Below, piece by piece: positions 1 through 9,542 of a stretch of DNA of 64,000 bases. Numbering within the stretch: position 1 is the stretch's first letter; each line of letters opens with the position of its first letter. A model generated the notes under the pieces. It was given only the letters and a program-made list of their open reading frames with translations, searched no databases and was not told where the DNA came from. The stretch spans positions 7,401 to 71,400 of the forward strand of contig CAWCML010000012.1 in NCBI GenBank assembly GCA_963796655.1, in the 5' to 3' direction. Source of the DNA: an uncultured Gemmatimonadaceae bacterium (GTDB lineage: Bacteria; Gemmatimonadota; Gemmatimonadetes; Gemmatimonadales; Gemmatimonadaceae). The position numbers and the translations under genes are program-made.

Positions 1-61
1 GCTCCGCGCAACGGAAATTCCGGAAAATGGCCCGTTTCGGCCCTCCGGCGGGTGAGCGCGC

Positions 62-637
62 TCACGCTCGGGAGCCCAAATTTACCGCCGCCCGGTCGCG
101 CGCCTCGCTCTGCTCTCCCAGGTAGAGGGCCGTCCCGATGACGGCCCCCGCGACGGCGTTCGCGAGCAGGACGCGGGGGAGGCCCAGAACGCCGAGGGCG
201 ACGGGGGCGTCGGCCAGCCGCCCCACGAGGTAGAGGAGGCCGGTGCACGTGACGGTCGCGTAGACGATCCCGCCGATGAGGGATCTCCAGAAGCTCGAGG
301 CCTTGAGCACCAGAGCTCCGCCGGCGCCGACCGCCGTGAACGCCAGCACGTGCAGGGCGGTGTACGCAAGGAGGTCGATGGAGAGCATGAGGAAGGACGG
401 CACCTGGCTGACGGCGCCGGAACCACTGGTCACCCCACCGAACAGGCCCGACCCGAGCGCCACGGGGATGGACAGCGGATGGAGCGTGATCGCGCCCTCG
501 AGGAAGAAGAGAACGGCGAGGGTTATCGCGGCCACGAGGCCCCCGGCGGCCCCAGCCTGGATCCGATGCAGGAGCCGGATGACGCTTCGGCGTCGGCGGC
601 CGCGTGGGGCGCGAGGGGGATGGACGACGTCGGCCAT
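62..637 (-). CDS. hypothetical multi-pass membrane protein
   Basis: ATG at 635-637 inside ORF 62..979(-). About 191 aa with 4-5 hydrophobic helices (LVAAITLAVLFFL, LLAYTALHVLAFTAVGAGGALVL, GIVYATVTCTGLLYLV). No family motif recognised. Confidence 0.45.
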   Translation of the reverse strand: MADVVHPPRAPRGRRRRSVIRLLHRIQAGAAGGLVAAITLAVLFFLEGAITLHPLSIPVALGSGLFGGVTSGSGAVSQVPSFLMLSIDLLAYTALHVLAFTAVGAGGALVLKASSFWRSLIGGIVYATVTCTGLLYLVGRLADAPVALGVLGLPRVLLANAVAGAVIGTALYLGEQSEARDRAAVNLGSRA

Positions 638-759
638 GGACCGACAATGCACCCGGAAGGCGTATTCCGCCAGCACGCTTTCTGAGAATTGCGCGGGGAC
701 GGCGTGGGAGCCGGGAGCGCCGGCGGCTCGGCGATGGACGTCGCGCTCCCGGCGAGGCC

Positions 760-2896
760 CTACCCCCCGCCCTTGCCCTTCACCGGCGGCAGCCCCCGAT
801 GCTCGAGCATGGGCCCGATGTCGGGATCCTTGCCATAGAAGCTGCGGAACATCGTGCCGTAGTCCTCGGTGTGGCCCCGCGACAGGATCAGGTCGCGGAA
901 GCGCTGGCCATTGGCGCGCGTCAGCCCGCCATGGTGCGTGAACCACGAGAAGGCGTCGTCGTCGAGCATCACCGTCCACTGATAGGCGTAGTAGCCGGCG
1001 GCGTAGCCGTTGGCCCAGATGTGCAGGAAGTAGCTCGACCGGTAGCGCGGCGGCACGTTCGGGAAGTCGGTGTGCGTGTCGTGCAGCGCCCTGGTTTCGA
1101 AGGCGTCCACGTCCTGCGTGGCGCGCCCGCCGGCAGCGTGTGCCACTGCATGTCGAGTTCGGAGGCCGCGAGCAACTCGCCCAGCTCGTAGCCCTGATTC
1201 CAGGTCCGCGACTTCTTGATCTTGTCCACCAGCGCCTGCGGGATCGGCTGGCCGGTCTTGTAGTTCACCGCATAGTGCTTGAGCACCTCGGGGTAGAGCG
1301 CCCAGTGCTCGTTGAACTGCGACGGGAATTCCACGAAGTCGCGCGCGACGTTGGTGCCCGAGAGCGTCTCGTACTCCTGGCTCGCGAACAGCCCGTGCAG
1401 GGCGTGGCCGAATTCGTGGAACATCGTGGTCACGTCGTCGAAGGTGAGCAGCGCCGGCTGGCCCGGCGCGGGCTTGGTGAAGTTGGCGACGTTGTAGATC
1501 ACCGGCTTCGTGCCGAGCAGCTGGGACTGCTGCACGAAGTTGTCCATCCACGCGCCGCCCGCCTTGTTGTCGCGCTTGAAGTAGTCGAAGTAGATGAGGC
1601 CGAGGGGCGAGCCGTCCTTGTCGAAAACCTCGAACACCCGCACGTCCTGCTGGTAGACCGGCAGGTCGTGCCGCTCCTTGAAGGTGATGCCGTAGAGCTG
1701 GTTGGCGGCGTAGAACACGCCGTCCTGCAGCACCCGATCGAGCTCGAAGTACGGTTTCAGCTCGTTCTCGTCGAGGTCGTATTTCTCCTTCCGCACCTGC
1801 TCGGCATACATCTCCCAGTCCCACGGCTTCGAGCGTGAACGGCTTTCCGTCCTTGTCGATGGCCGCCTGGATCTGCTTCGCCTCGTCGGCGGCCTTGGCG
1901 GCCGTGGGCGCAACGAGCTGGTCGAGGAACTTGTCGACGGCCTGCGGTGTCTTCGCCATCTGGTCGTGCGAGCACATAGGCGGCGTAGTTCGGGTAGCCG
2001 AGCAGCTTGGCCTTCTCGGCGCGCAGCTCCGCGAGCCGGGCAATGGTGGCGCGGGTGTCGTTGGCGTCGCCCCGTTCGGTCCGCGTCCACGAGTTGTCGA
2101 AGAGCGCTGGCGCACGGCGCGGTCGGTGAGCGACACGAGCAGCGGCTGCTGCGTGGTGTTCTGCAGCGGGATCAGGTACTGGCCCTTGAGTCCGCGATTC
2201 CCGGCGTCGTGTGCCGCCGCGGCGATCTCGGCGTCGCTCAGCCCCGCCAGGTCCGAGCGCTTGCCGGTGACGAACGCTCCCGCCTTGGTGCCGGCGATCA
2301 GCTTCTGCTCGAACGCGGTCTCGAGGGTGGCGTCCTCCTTGTTGATCTCGCGCAGCCGCGCCTGGTCGGCGTCGGAGAGGCCGGCGCCGGCGTGGACGAA
2401 GTCGTCGTAATACACCTTGAGCAGCATCCGCGATTCCGGATCGAGCCTGAGCTTCTCGCGCTCGGTCGTAGATCGCCTTGACCCGGGCGAACAGCTTCGG
2501 GTTCATGTAGATGGCGTCGTGGTGCGCGGCGAGCCGGGGCGTCTCCTCGGCCTGCACCTCATCGAGCGTGGGGTTGGTGTTGGCCTGCACCACGGCATTG
2601 AACGCCTCGTTGACGCGGTCGAGCATCCGCCCCGACTTCTCCATGGCGACGATCGTGTTCTCGAACGTCGGCGGCGCGGGATCGTTGGCGATCGCCTCGA
2701 TTTCGGCGAGCTGCTCCCGCATGCCCTGCTCGAAGGCGGGCTGGTAGTCGCTGTCCTTGATCTGGTCGAATGGCGGCGCCTGGAACGGCAGCGTACTCGG
2801 CTTGGCGAACGGATTGCCCTGGCCGGTGGCGACGGCGGGAATGCCGGCGAGGAGCACGGCGGCGGCGCTGAATACCATTATATGCACGCGTGGCAT
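760..2896 (-). pseudogene. dcp: M3 family peptidyl-dipeptidase / oligopeptidase (Dcp-like), secreted; frame broken about 5 times (about 1125, 1838, 1975, 2100, 2457)
   Basis: The protein is spread over ORFs 1757..3094, 760..2427 and 969..2090 (all minus). Signal peptide MPRVHIMVFSAAAVLLAGIPAVATGQ. Zinc motif HEFGHALH followed by EFPSQFNEHW. C-terminal SSYFLHIWANGYAAGYYAYQW is typical of M3. Confidence 0.8.
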
Positions 2897-2981
2897 GAGA
2901 AGCCTTCTCGGAAGAACCCGTGAGAGATAGATATTCTTGCACCCCGTATCGATCGTTGTCCACCCTTTGCCGTGTGCGCCC

Positions 2982-3542
2982 ATGGACCTCTTCGACGCCA
3001 TCCACACCCGCCGCTCCATCAAGCAGTTCACCGACCGCCCGATCCCCCGCCAGGAGATCGAGCGGCTGCTCGATGCCGCGGCGCAGGCGCCCAATCACCG
3101 GATGACCCAGCCGTGGCGCTTCTACGTACTCGGGCCCGAGGCGCGGCGCGCGTACGGCGCCGCGCTCGGCGCCCGCAAGGCGAAGAAGGTGGAGGACCCG
3201 GAGGCAGCGCGCGTCGTGGCCGAGAAGGTGGCGGCCGCCGAAGCGGCCATGCCCGCCGAGATCGCGGTGGCGGTGGTCCTCGACGAGAATCCGGAAATCC
3301 GCGAGGAGGATTACGCGGCGACGATGATGGGCGTGCAGAACCTGATGCTGGCCGCCGCGGCGATGGGGCTCGCCACACACATCAAGACCGGCGCCGTAAT
3401 GGACGATCCGCGGGCGCGCTCAGCGGTGGGCGTGCGGCAGGGTGAGCGGATCGTGGCGCTGATCCAACTGGGAGAGCCGGCGGAGGAGCGCGAGGCGAAG
3501 CCGCGCCGCCCGGCGGCGGAGCTCACCACCTGGGTGCCGTAA
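2982..3542 (+). CDS. nitroreductase family protein
   Basis: MDLFDAIHTRRSIKQFTDRPIPRQEIERLLDAAAQAPNHRMTQPWRF is the classic nitroreductase N-terminus. 186 aa, intact. Confidence 0.85.
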   Translation: MDLFDAIHTRRSIKQFTDRPIPRQEIERLLDAAAQAPNHRMTQPWRFYVLGPEARRAYGAALGARKAKKVEDPEAARVVAEKVAAAEAAMPAEIAVAVVLDENPEIREEDYAATMMGVQNLMLAAAAMGLATHIKTGAVMDDPRARSAVGVRQGERIVALIQLGEPAEEREAKPRRPAAELTTWVP

Positions 3543-3545
3543 CAG

Positions 3546-3571
3546 GGGGCGGGCGCCGGAGCGCCCGTCCC
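3546..3571. terminator. GC-rich hairpin between convergent genes (possible bidirectional terminator)
   Basis: GGGGGCGGGCGC-cgga-GCGCCCGTCCC: 6-bp perfect core stem, extendable to about 11 bp with one G-U pair. No clear U-tract. Confidence 0.35.
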
Positions 3572-3579
3572 GGTCATGC

Positions 3580-5644
3580 TTACGGCATCCCCCATTTCCG
3601 GAACCAGGCCAGCGTGTAGAGCGTCTTCTCGATCATGTTGCTGGGCTTGAGGGCGATCTCGTGGCCGGAGTCCGGCACCTTCACCATCATCGTCGGGATC
3701 TTCCGCAGCTTCAGCGCCCCGTAGAACTGCTCGGCCTCGTCGGTCGGCGTGCGGTGATCCTCCTCGCCGGTGATGAGCATGGTGGGCGTCGTGACGTGAC
3801 CCACGTAGCTGATGGGCGAGCGCGCCATGTATTTCTCGAGGTTGTCCCAGGGCATGCCCGGCATCCAGTACTTGGCGAAGGTCTGAATGCCGTCGGCGTT
3901 CAGCACGAAGCTGTACCAGTTGATGACGGGCTTGTCCACCACGGCGGCGCGGAAGCGACCGGTGTGTCCCACGATCCACGCCGTGAGCACGCCGCCTCCG
4001 CTGCCGCCGGTCACGTAGAGCTGCTGTGGATCGACGTATCCCTTGGCCACCACCGCGTCCACGCCCGACATCAGGTCGTCGTAGTCGTGGTCGGGGTAGT
4101 CGCGGTCGATGAGGTCGCCGAACGCCTGGCCGTAGCTCGTGCTGCCGCGCGGATTCACGTAGAGCACCACGGCGCCGGCGGCCGCGTAGAGCTGGTCTTC
4201 GGCGGTGAAGCGATCGCCGTAGTTCGAGGAACGGCCCGCCGTGGATCTCGAGGATGAACGGGTACTTCTTCGAGGCGTCGAAGTGCGGCGGCTTGAGTAT
4301 CCAGCCCTGAATCTCGCGGCCGTCGAACGACGACTTGTAGTGGATCTCCTCCGCCGTGGCGAGCGCGATGTGCCCGAAGAGGTCGGCGTTGAGGTCGGTG
4401 AGTCGGTGTTCGGTCTGTCCCCGGCTCCCAACGGCAACGTCGGCGGGATGGTCGGGCAGGCTGTGCGTGAAGGCGTAGACGCCGGTGTTCGACAGGGAGT
4501 AGGTGCCGCCGGGATAGGGCCGGCCGATGGAGAGACCGCCCACGTGGTCGGCGAGCTTCGTGATCTTGCCCGTCGCGACGTCCACGAACCCGATATGGGT
4601 GTCGCCCTGATCGTCGTACTGGAAGTAGAGTCCCTGGCCGTCATGGCTCCAGTTCAGGTTTCCGAAGTCGCGGTCGAAGTCGGCCGCCACCTCGCGCTTG
4701 GCGCTCCCGTCGGCGTTCATGACGTAGAGGTGCCGGACCTGATAGCCCAGGTACTTGTCGTCGAATCCGATGTAGGCGATGCGCGCGCCATCGGGCGACA
4801 CCGTGGGCCCGTTGTCCGGCCCCTGCCGGTCGGTGAGCACCTGGGGCGCGCCCCCGTTTGCCGACACCCGGTAGATCTCGGTGTTCTGCGCGTCGTACTC
4901 CCGGTCCTCGTGCCGATTGGAGGAGAAGTAGAGCGACTTGCCGTCGGCCGACCACGCCGGTGCGGCATCGTTGTAGTCGCCGAAGGTGAGTTGCTGTGGC
5001 GTGCCGCCTTCGGCCGGAAGCACGAAGACGTGGGTGTATCCGCGGGGCAGCCAGCCGACTTCATCCTGGCGATAATGCAGCCGGTCAACCTCGCGCCAGG
5101 GGGGCCCCCAGTCGGCGCCCTTGGGGCTCGGCGGCATGGCGACCAGCGGCTGGTGCGCCTGCGCCACGAACAACGTCATGGCGATCGACTTTCCGTCGGG
5201 CGACCAGGCCACGTTGCCGGGCGACTGATCGGCCAGGTGCGTGAGCTGGGCTTCCTGGCCGGTGTCCATCCAGCGCATCCAGAGCTGATTCGATCCGCTC
5301 CGGTTCGAGACGAAGAGGAGCCGGCTGCCGTCGGGCGACCAGCGCGGCGCCGAGTAGCTCTTGCCGTCGGCGTCGAGGGCGCGCAGGCCGGTGCCGTCGG
5401 CGGCGATGATCCAGAGCGCCGAACGGGTGTCGTCCTTCATGATGTCGTAGCCCTGGCGCACGAACACGACCTGTTTGCCGTCGGGCGAGATCTCCGGATC
5501 GGCGCTCCATTCGAGTTGGAAGACGTCGATGGGCTGGAAGGTGTCGGTGGCCGGGGCGGCGTTCTGTGCAGCGGCCCGGCCCGGCACCAACGCCAGCGCG
5601 CCCACCGTGAGCGCGGCGGCGAAAAGTGCGATCTGCTTCTTCAT
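3580..5644 (-). pseudogene. S9 family prolyl oligopeptidase/dipeptidyl aminopeptidase with N-terminal PD40 (TolB-like) beta-propeller; single +1 shift near 4235
   Basis: N-terminal part in ORF 3311..5737, C-terminal part in ORF 3580..4644. Signal peptide MKKQIALFAAALTVGALALVPGRAAAQ. Repeated SPDG motifs. Catalytic GGSGGG (Ser), EEDHRTP (Asp) and DSGHE (His). The junction reads cac ggc ggg ccg T tcc tcg aac (HGGP|SSNYG). Confidence 0.85.
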
Positions 5645-5755
5645 GAATGGATCCTCGGAGGGCGGGTGACTCGGGCCAACGCTACGGAACCATGGACGGT
5701 GAAGCAAGGCGAGGGGCGCAGGGCGAAAAATGGGCACGACGTCCGCAAATCCGCA

Positions 5756-7861
5756 CTACTGCTTGCCCTCACCCGGCTTCAGATACCGGTCCAGCCAGTC
5801 GATCCAGCGGCGGTACACGTCGGTCTGACGCACGATGTCGCCGGGGAAATGCGTGTCGGCCGGATACGACCAGAACTCGGTCTCCACGCCGTTGTCTCGG
5901 ATGGCATGGTACCACTCGAGGCTGTTCACGATGGGCACGTTGGGGTCGCCGATGTCGCCCATGACGAGCGTTGGCGCCGTGACGTTGCGCGCGTAGGTGA
6001 TGGGCGACTGCTCACGCCAGATGTCCCAGTACTCCTTGGTCCACGGCGAGCCGCCGAAGAAGTACAGGTCGCCGTCCTGATAGAAGGCGATGGTGTAGTC
6101 CATGACCCAGTCGGTGAGCGCGGCGCCGGCCACCGCCACCTTCCACGGATGGTAGTGGCCGGTGAGCCAGGTGGTCATGTAGCCGCCGTACGACCAGCCC
6201 GACACGCCGATGCGGCTGGTGTCCACCACGCCCAGCTTCTCCACCGCGGCCAGCCCGGCCATCACGTCCTTGCCGGGCCCGTCGCCGGTGTTGCGATAGA
6301 TGGCGTGCTGGTAGCGGTCGCCGAGGTTGGTGCTGCCGCGGTAGTTCGGCTCGAACACCAGATACCCGCGTGCGGCGAGGAGTTGCGGCAGCGGAGAGAA
6401 GATGCCCGTGGACGCGCTCCCCGGCCCTCCGTGCACGACGAGCACGAGCGGGAGTTTGGTTCCCGGCTCGTAGTCGGGGGGATAGGTGAGCACGCCGTCC
6501 TCGCGGAATCCGTCCGGCCCGTTCCACGCCACGGTGTCCACACGGCCCAGGTGCAGCGAATCGAGAAAGACGTTGAAATGCGTGAGCTGTTTCGGCGTCG
6601 CACTCGGCGACGCCATGTAATAGAGCTGCCCCGGCTGGCCGGTGGTGCGTCCGATGAACGCCACGGCGCCGCTGTCCGAGACGCTCACCGCGCCCGACGG
6701 CTGCACGTGGCCGAGGTCGACCAGGCGCGCGGCGCGGTCGGCCGGCTTGACCCACATGGCCGTGCGCGCGCCGAGTGGTCCGGTGAGCAGGAACGACCGG
6801 CCGCCGGGCAGCCAGGCGAAGGCGCCGATGTCGCGCGCCATGTCGGCCGTGACGTCGCGGAGCGTTCCGTTCTGGTCGACGTACACCGCATTCCCGTTGT
6901 TCATGTCGCCGCCGCGGGCGCGGCGGAAGGCGAGCGCCGCACCGTCGTGCGCGAACTCGGGGTTGCCGGCGCCCTCGCCGGCGAGCAGCGTATCGCCGGT
7001 GGTGCCGACGCGTACCCGCGCCGTGTCGGGTGTACCCACGGCCAGCGGCGGCATCGAGTCCGCCTTGGCGGCGGTGTCCACGCGCACGAGCGTGGAGCGG
7101 TAGGCGTTGCCGAACCACACGCCCGGATGGCGGACGACGATGAGGGACTTCCCGTCGCGGCTCCAGGCGGGCGGCGCCGCCCCACCGGGTTCGGTCTCCA
7201 GACTCCAGCGGCCCGCGGTGAGGCGCCTGGCCTTGCCGCCGTTCGCGGAAATCATCCAGAGATGCCAGGGCTGCACCGCGGCGCGCGCCTGATAGTTATT
7301 GAGCGTGATCTGGAACGCGTCTTCGTGGTGCTTGATGGCCTTGGGGTCGGGCACCGTATCCTGCGCGACGTAGGCGATCGTGCGCCCGTCGGGGCTCCAC
7401 GAGTACGACGACACGCCGGTTTTGGACTCGGTGAGTCGAATGGGGTCGCCGCCCCGCATGCTCAGCACCCAGATCTGTCCCTTCTTGGTTGCAGTGTCGG
7501 GCGCCACGAAGGCCAGCCGGTCGCCGGCGGGTGACCACTTAGGCGAGCCGACGCCGTCGCGCTCGTACGTGAGCGGGCGGCTGGACCCGTCGGCCACGTT
7601 CACCAGGTCGATCTGGCGGTGCGACTTGTCCTCCTTCCAGTCCCACCGGCTCACGACGATCGCAATGTCCTGTCCGTCGGGGCTGATCTCCGGGCTGCCC
7701 ACCTGCACCAGGGCGCGGAGGTCGGCGAGACGAAAGGTCGTGTGCGGGCCGGCGGTGTCGGCGGCCGTCGTGTCGGGTTTGGCGGCGCCCTGGGCGGATG
7801 CGGCACGCGCCCCAGCGACGACGATGGCGATTGCGAACGCGGTCGAGTTGAGAATGCGCAT
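5756..7861 (-). CDS. S9 family peptidase with PD40 beta-propeller (secreted)
   Basis: Intact, 701 aa from MRILNSTAFAIAIVVAGARAASAQ. SPDG repeats. Catalytic GVSGWSYGGYM (Ser), GDIGDPNVP (Asp) and PADTHFP (His). Confidence 0.9.
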   Translation of the reverse strand: MRILNSTAFAIAIVVAGARAASAQGAAKPDTTAADTAGPHTTFRLADLRALVQVGSPEISPDGQDIAIVVSRWDWKEDKSHRQIDLVNVADGSSRPLTYERDGVGSPKWSPAGDRLAFVAPDTATKKGQIWVLSMRGGDPIRLTESKTGVSSYSWSPDGRTIAYVAQDTVPDPKAIKHHEDAFQITLNNYQARAAVQPWHLWMISANGGKARRLTAGRWSLETEPGGAAPPAWSRDGKSLIVVRHPGVWFGNAYRSTLVRVDTAAKADSMPPLAVGTPDTARVRVGTTGDTLLAGEGAGNPEFAHDGAALAFRRARGGDMNNGNAVYVDQNGTLRDVTADMARDIGAFAWLPGGRSFLLTGPLGARTAMWVKPADRAARLVDLGHVQPSGAVSVSDSGAVAFIGRTTGQPGQLYYMASPSATPKQLTHFNVFLDSLHLGRVDTVAWNGPDGFREDGVLTYPPDYEPGTKLPLVLVVHGGPGSASTGIFSPLPQLLAARGYLVFEPNYRGSTNLGDRYQHAIYRNTGDGPGKDVMAGLAAVEKLGVVDTSRIGVSGWSYGGYMTTWLTGHYHPWKVAVAGAALTDWVMDYTIAFYQDGDLYFFGGSPWTKEYWDIWREQSPITYARNVTAPTLVMGDIGDPNVPIVNSLEWYHAIRDNGVETEFWSYPADTHFPGDIVRQTDVYRRWIDWLDRYLKPGEGKQ

Positions 7862-7913
7862 GGTCGGTTTCCGACAAGGGGTCATGGTTGCGTGGAGTGT
7901 CATGGTGGCCGCG

Positions 7914-9387
7914 CTACGCGGCCTCTTCCCACGGCCCTTCGGTCACCACCGACAACTTCTTCATCAGGGGAATCAACGCGGCGGCAACGACGGTGCCGAT
8001 CACGGCCACGATGCCGAGCTTGATGAAGAGGTTCGTGTACAGCGGCAGCGAGTCCACGGGACTCGTCACGTTCTGCGGCACGCTGGCGTAGGTGGCGACG
8101 TAGCTTCCGAGGTACTGCGAGATGCCCGTGGCGAGGAACCAGACGCCCATGATGAAGCCGCGGAGCGACGGGCCGACGTAGCGCGCGACCATGGCCAGGC
8201 CGAGTCCGCTGATGAGGAGTTCTCCCAACGACTGGAAGGCGTAGCCGATGATCATGAACCAGAACGAGACTTTGCCGGCCACGGCGAAGTGGCCGCTGAA
8301 GCCGTAGATGAAGAAGCCGAGGGCCAGCACGGCGAAGCCCATGGCGAACTTGGTGGAGATGTGGAAGTCGCCGCCCTCGCCCCGCCCGAGGCTGTTGTAC
8401 AACCAGGCGAGTCCAGGGCTCAGGATGAAGATCCAGATCGGGTTCAGCGCCTGCACCTGCCCGGCGGGGACCAGGTATCCGAACAGGTTGAGATCGACGT
8501 TGCGGAACGAGAAGAGGGTGAGCGACGTCGACATCTGCTGATAGAAGATGAAGAACAGCATGCCGAGGCCCGTGAGGATGAGCACCGAGATGAGTCCCTT
8601 GCGCTCGCGCTCGCGTGCCCTTGCTTCCCATGACACCGAAGATGACGAGCATGGCGAGGAATCCGAGGACGACGGTGCCGCGGGCTACGGTGCGGTTCTG
8701 GATGATGAACGACACGAGGACGATGCCGGCGGCCATCCCGACGAGCACGAGCACCAGGCGCGTGACGTTGAGCGGCTCGAAGTCCGGCTGGGAGCCCACG
8801 TGCCGGAGATAGCGGCTCATCACGAGGTAGTTGATGATGCCGACGACGAGCCCGGCCGCGCACACGGCGAAGGCCGCGTGCCAGCCGATCTTGACCGCGA
8901 TCAGGGGGGTCGCGATCTGCGAGATGGCCGACCCGATGTTCACCGCCATGTAGTACATCGTGAACGCGCTGTCGATCCTGGCGGAATCGCCCTCGTACAG
9001 CTTGGAGATGAGGTTGGCCGGGTTCGCCTTGAACATACCACCGCCCACGGCCACGACGGCCAATGCCGGGAAGAGCAGCTCCGGATGGCCGGGAATCGAG
9101 AGCCCGACGTATCCGAGGGCGAGGACCAGCGCCCCGAGCACCGTCGTGCGGCGGCTGCCCAGGAGCTTGTCGCCGATCCAGCCGCCGATCGCGGGCACCG
9201 TGTAGGCCATCGCGGCGAACGCACCGAAGGTGAGGTTGGCGCGGTCATCGGTGTAGCCGAGCTGCTGCACCATGAACAGCACGACCACGGCCGTCATGCC
9301 GTAGTAGCCGAACCGCTCCCACATCTCGACGAGGAAGAGCGTGGTGAATCCCTTCGTCCGCGAAGGCGCCTGCGCGCTGGTGGTCAT
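7914..9387 (-). pseudogene. POT/PTR2 family proton-dependent oligopeptide transporter; one +1 shift near 8620
   Basis: N-terminus FLVEMWERFGYYGM (PTR2 signature) in ORF 7900..9387. C-terminal half (FYQQMSTSLTLF...GLGLAMVARYVGPSLRGFIMGVWFLA) in ORF 7914..8636. Confidence 0.85.
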
Positions 9388-9438
9388 GTGCGAATTCCTC
9401 GGTACGTGAAGTGTCGGGGGGCCTGAGGATGCCCCCTA

Positions 9439-9540
9439 TCATCCCCTGGGGACCGGCCGACCGCCATCCTCCGTTCGCCCCAACTCCCGCTCGATGCGGC
9501 AGCGGCCGGCGAGCGCTGCCGAGAGGCGCTCGATGGGCAT
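9439..9540 (-). pseudogene. decayed N-terminal stub of a Ser/Thr kinase paralog (33 codons)
   Basis: The ATG lies 2 nt after the stop of the upstream kinase. It translates MPIERLSAALAGRCRIERELGRTEDGGRPVPRG*, which matches the array consensus xxLxxALADRYRIERELGQGG and then degenerates. Confidence 0.5.
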
Positions 9541-9542
9541 CG

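Noticed and set aside
4241-7534. 1097-aa ORF on the plus strand spanning two peptidase genes and their spacer
   Set aside because: It is antisense to two well-supported S9 peptidase genes. The sequence is Arg/Gly/Val/His-rich with no motifs, the typical shadow ORF of a very GC-rich genome.
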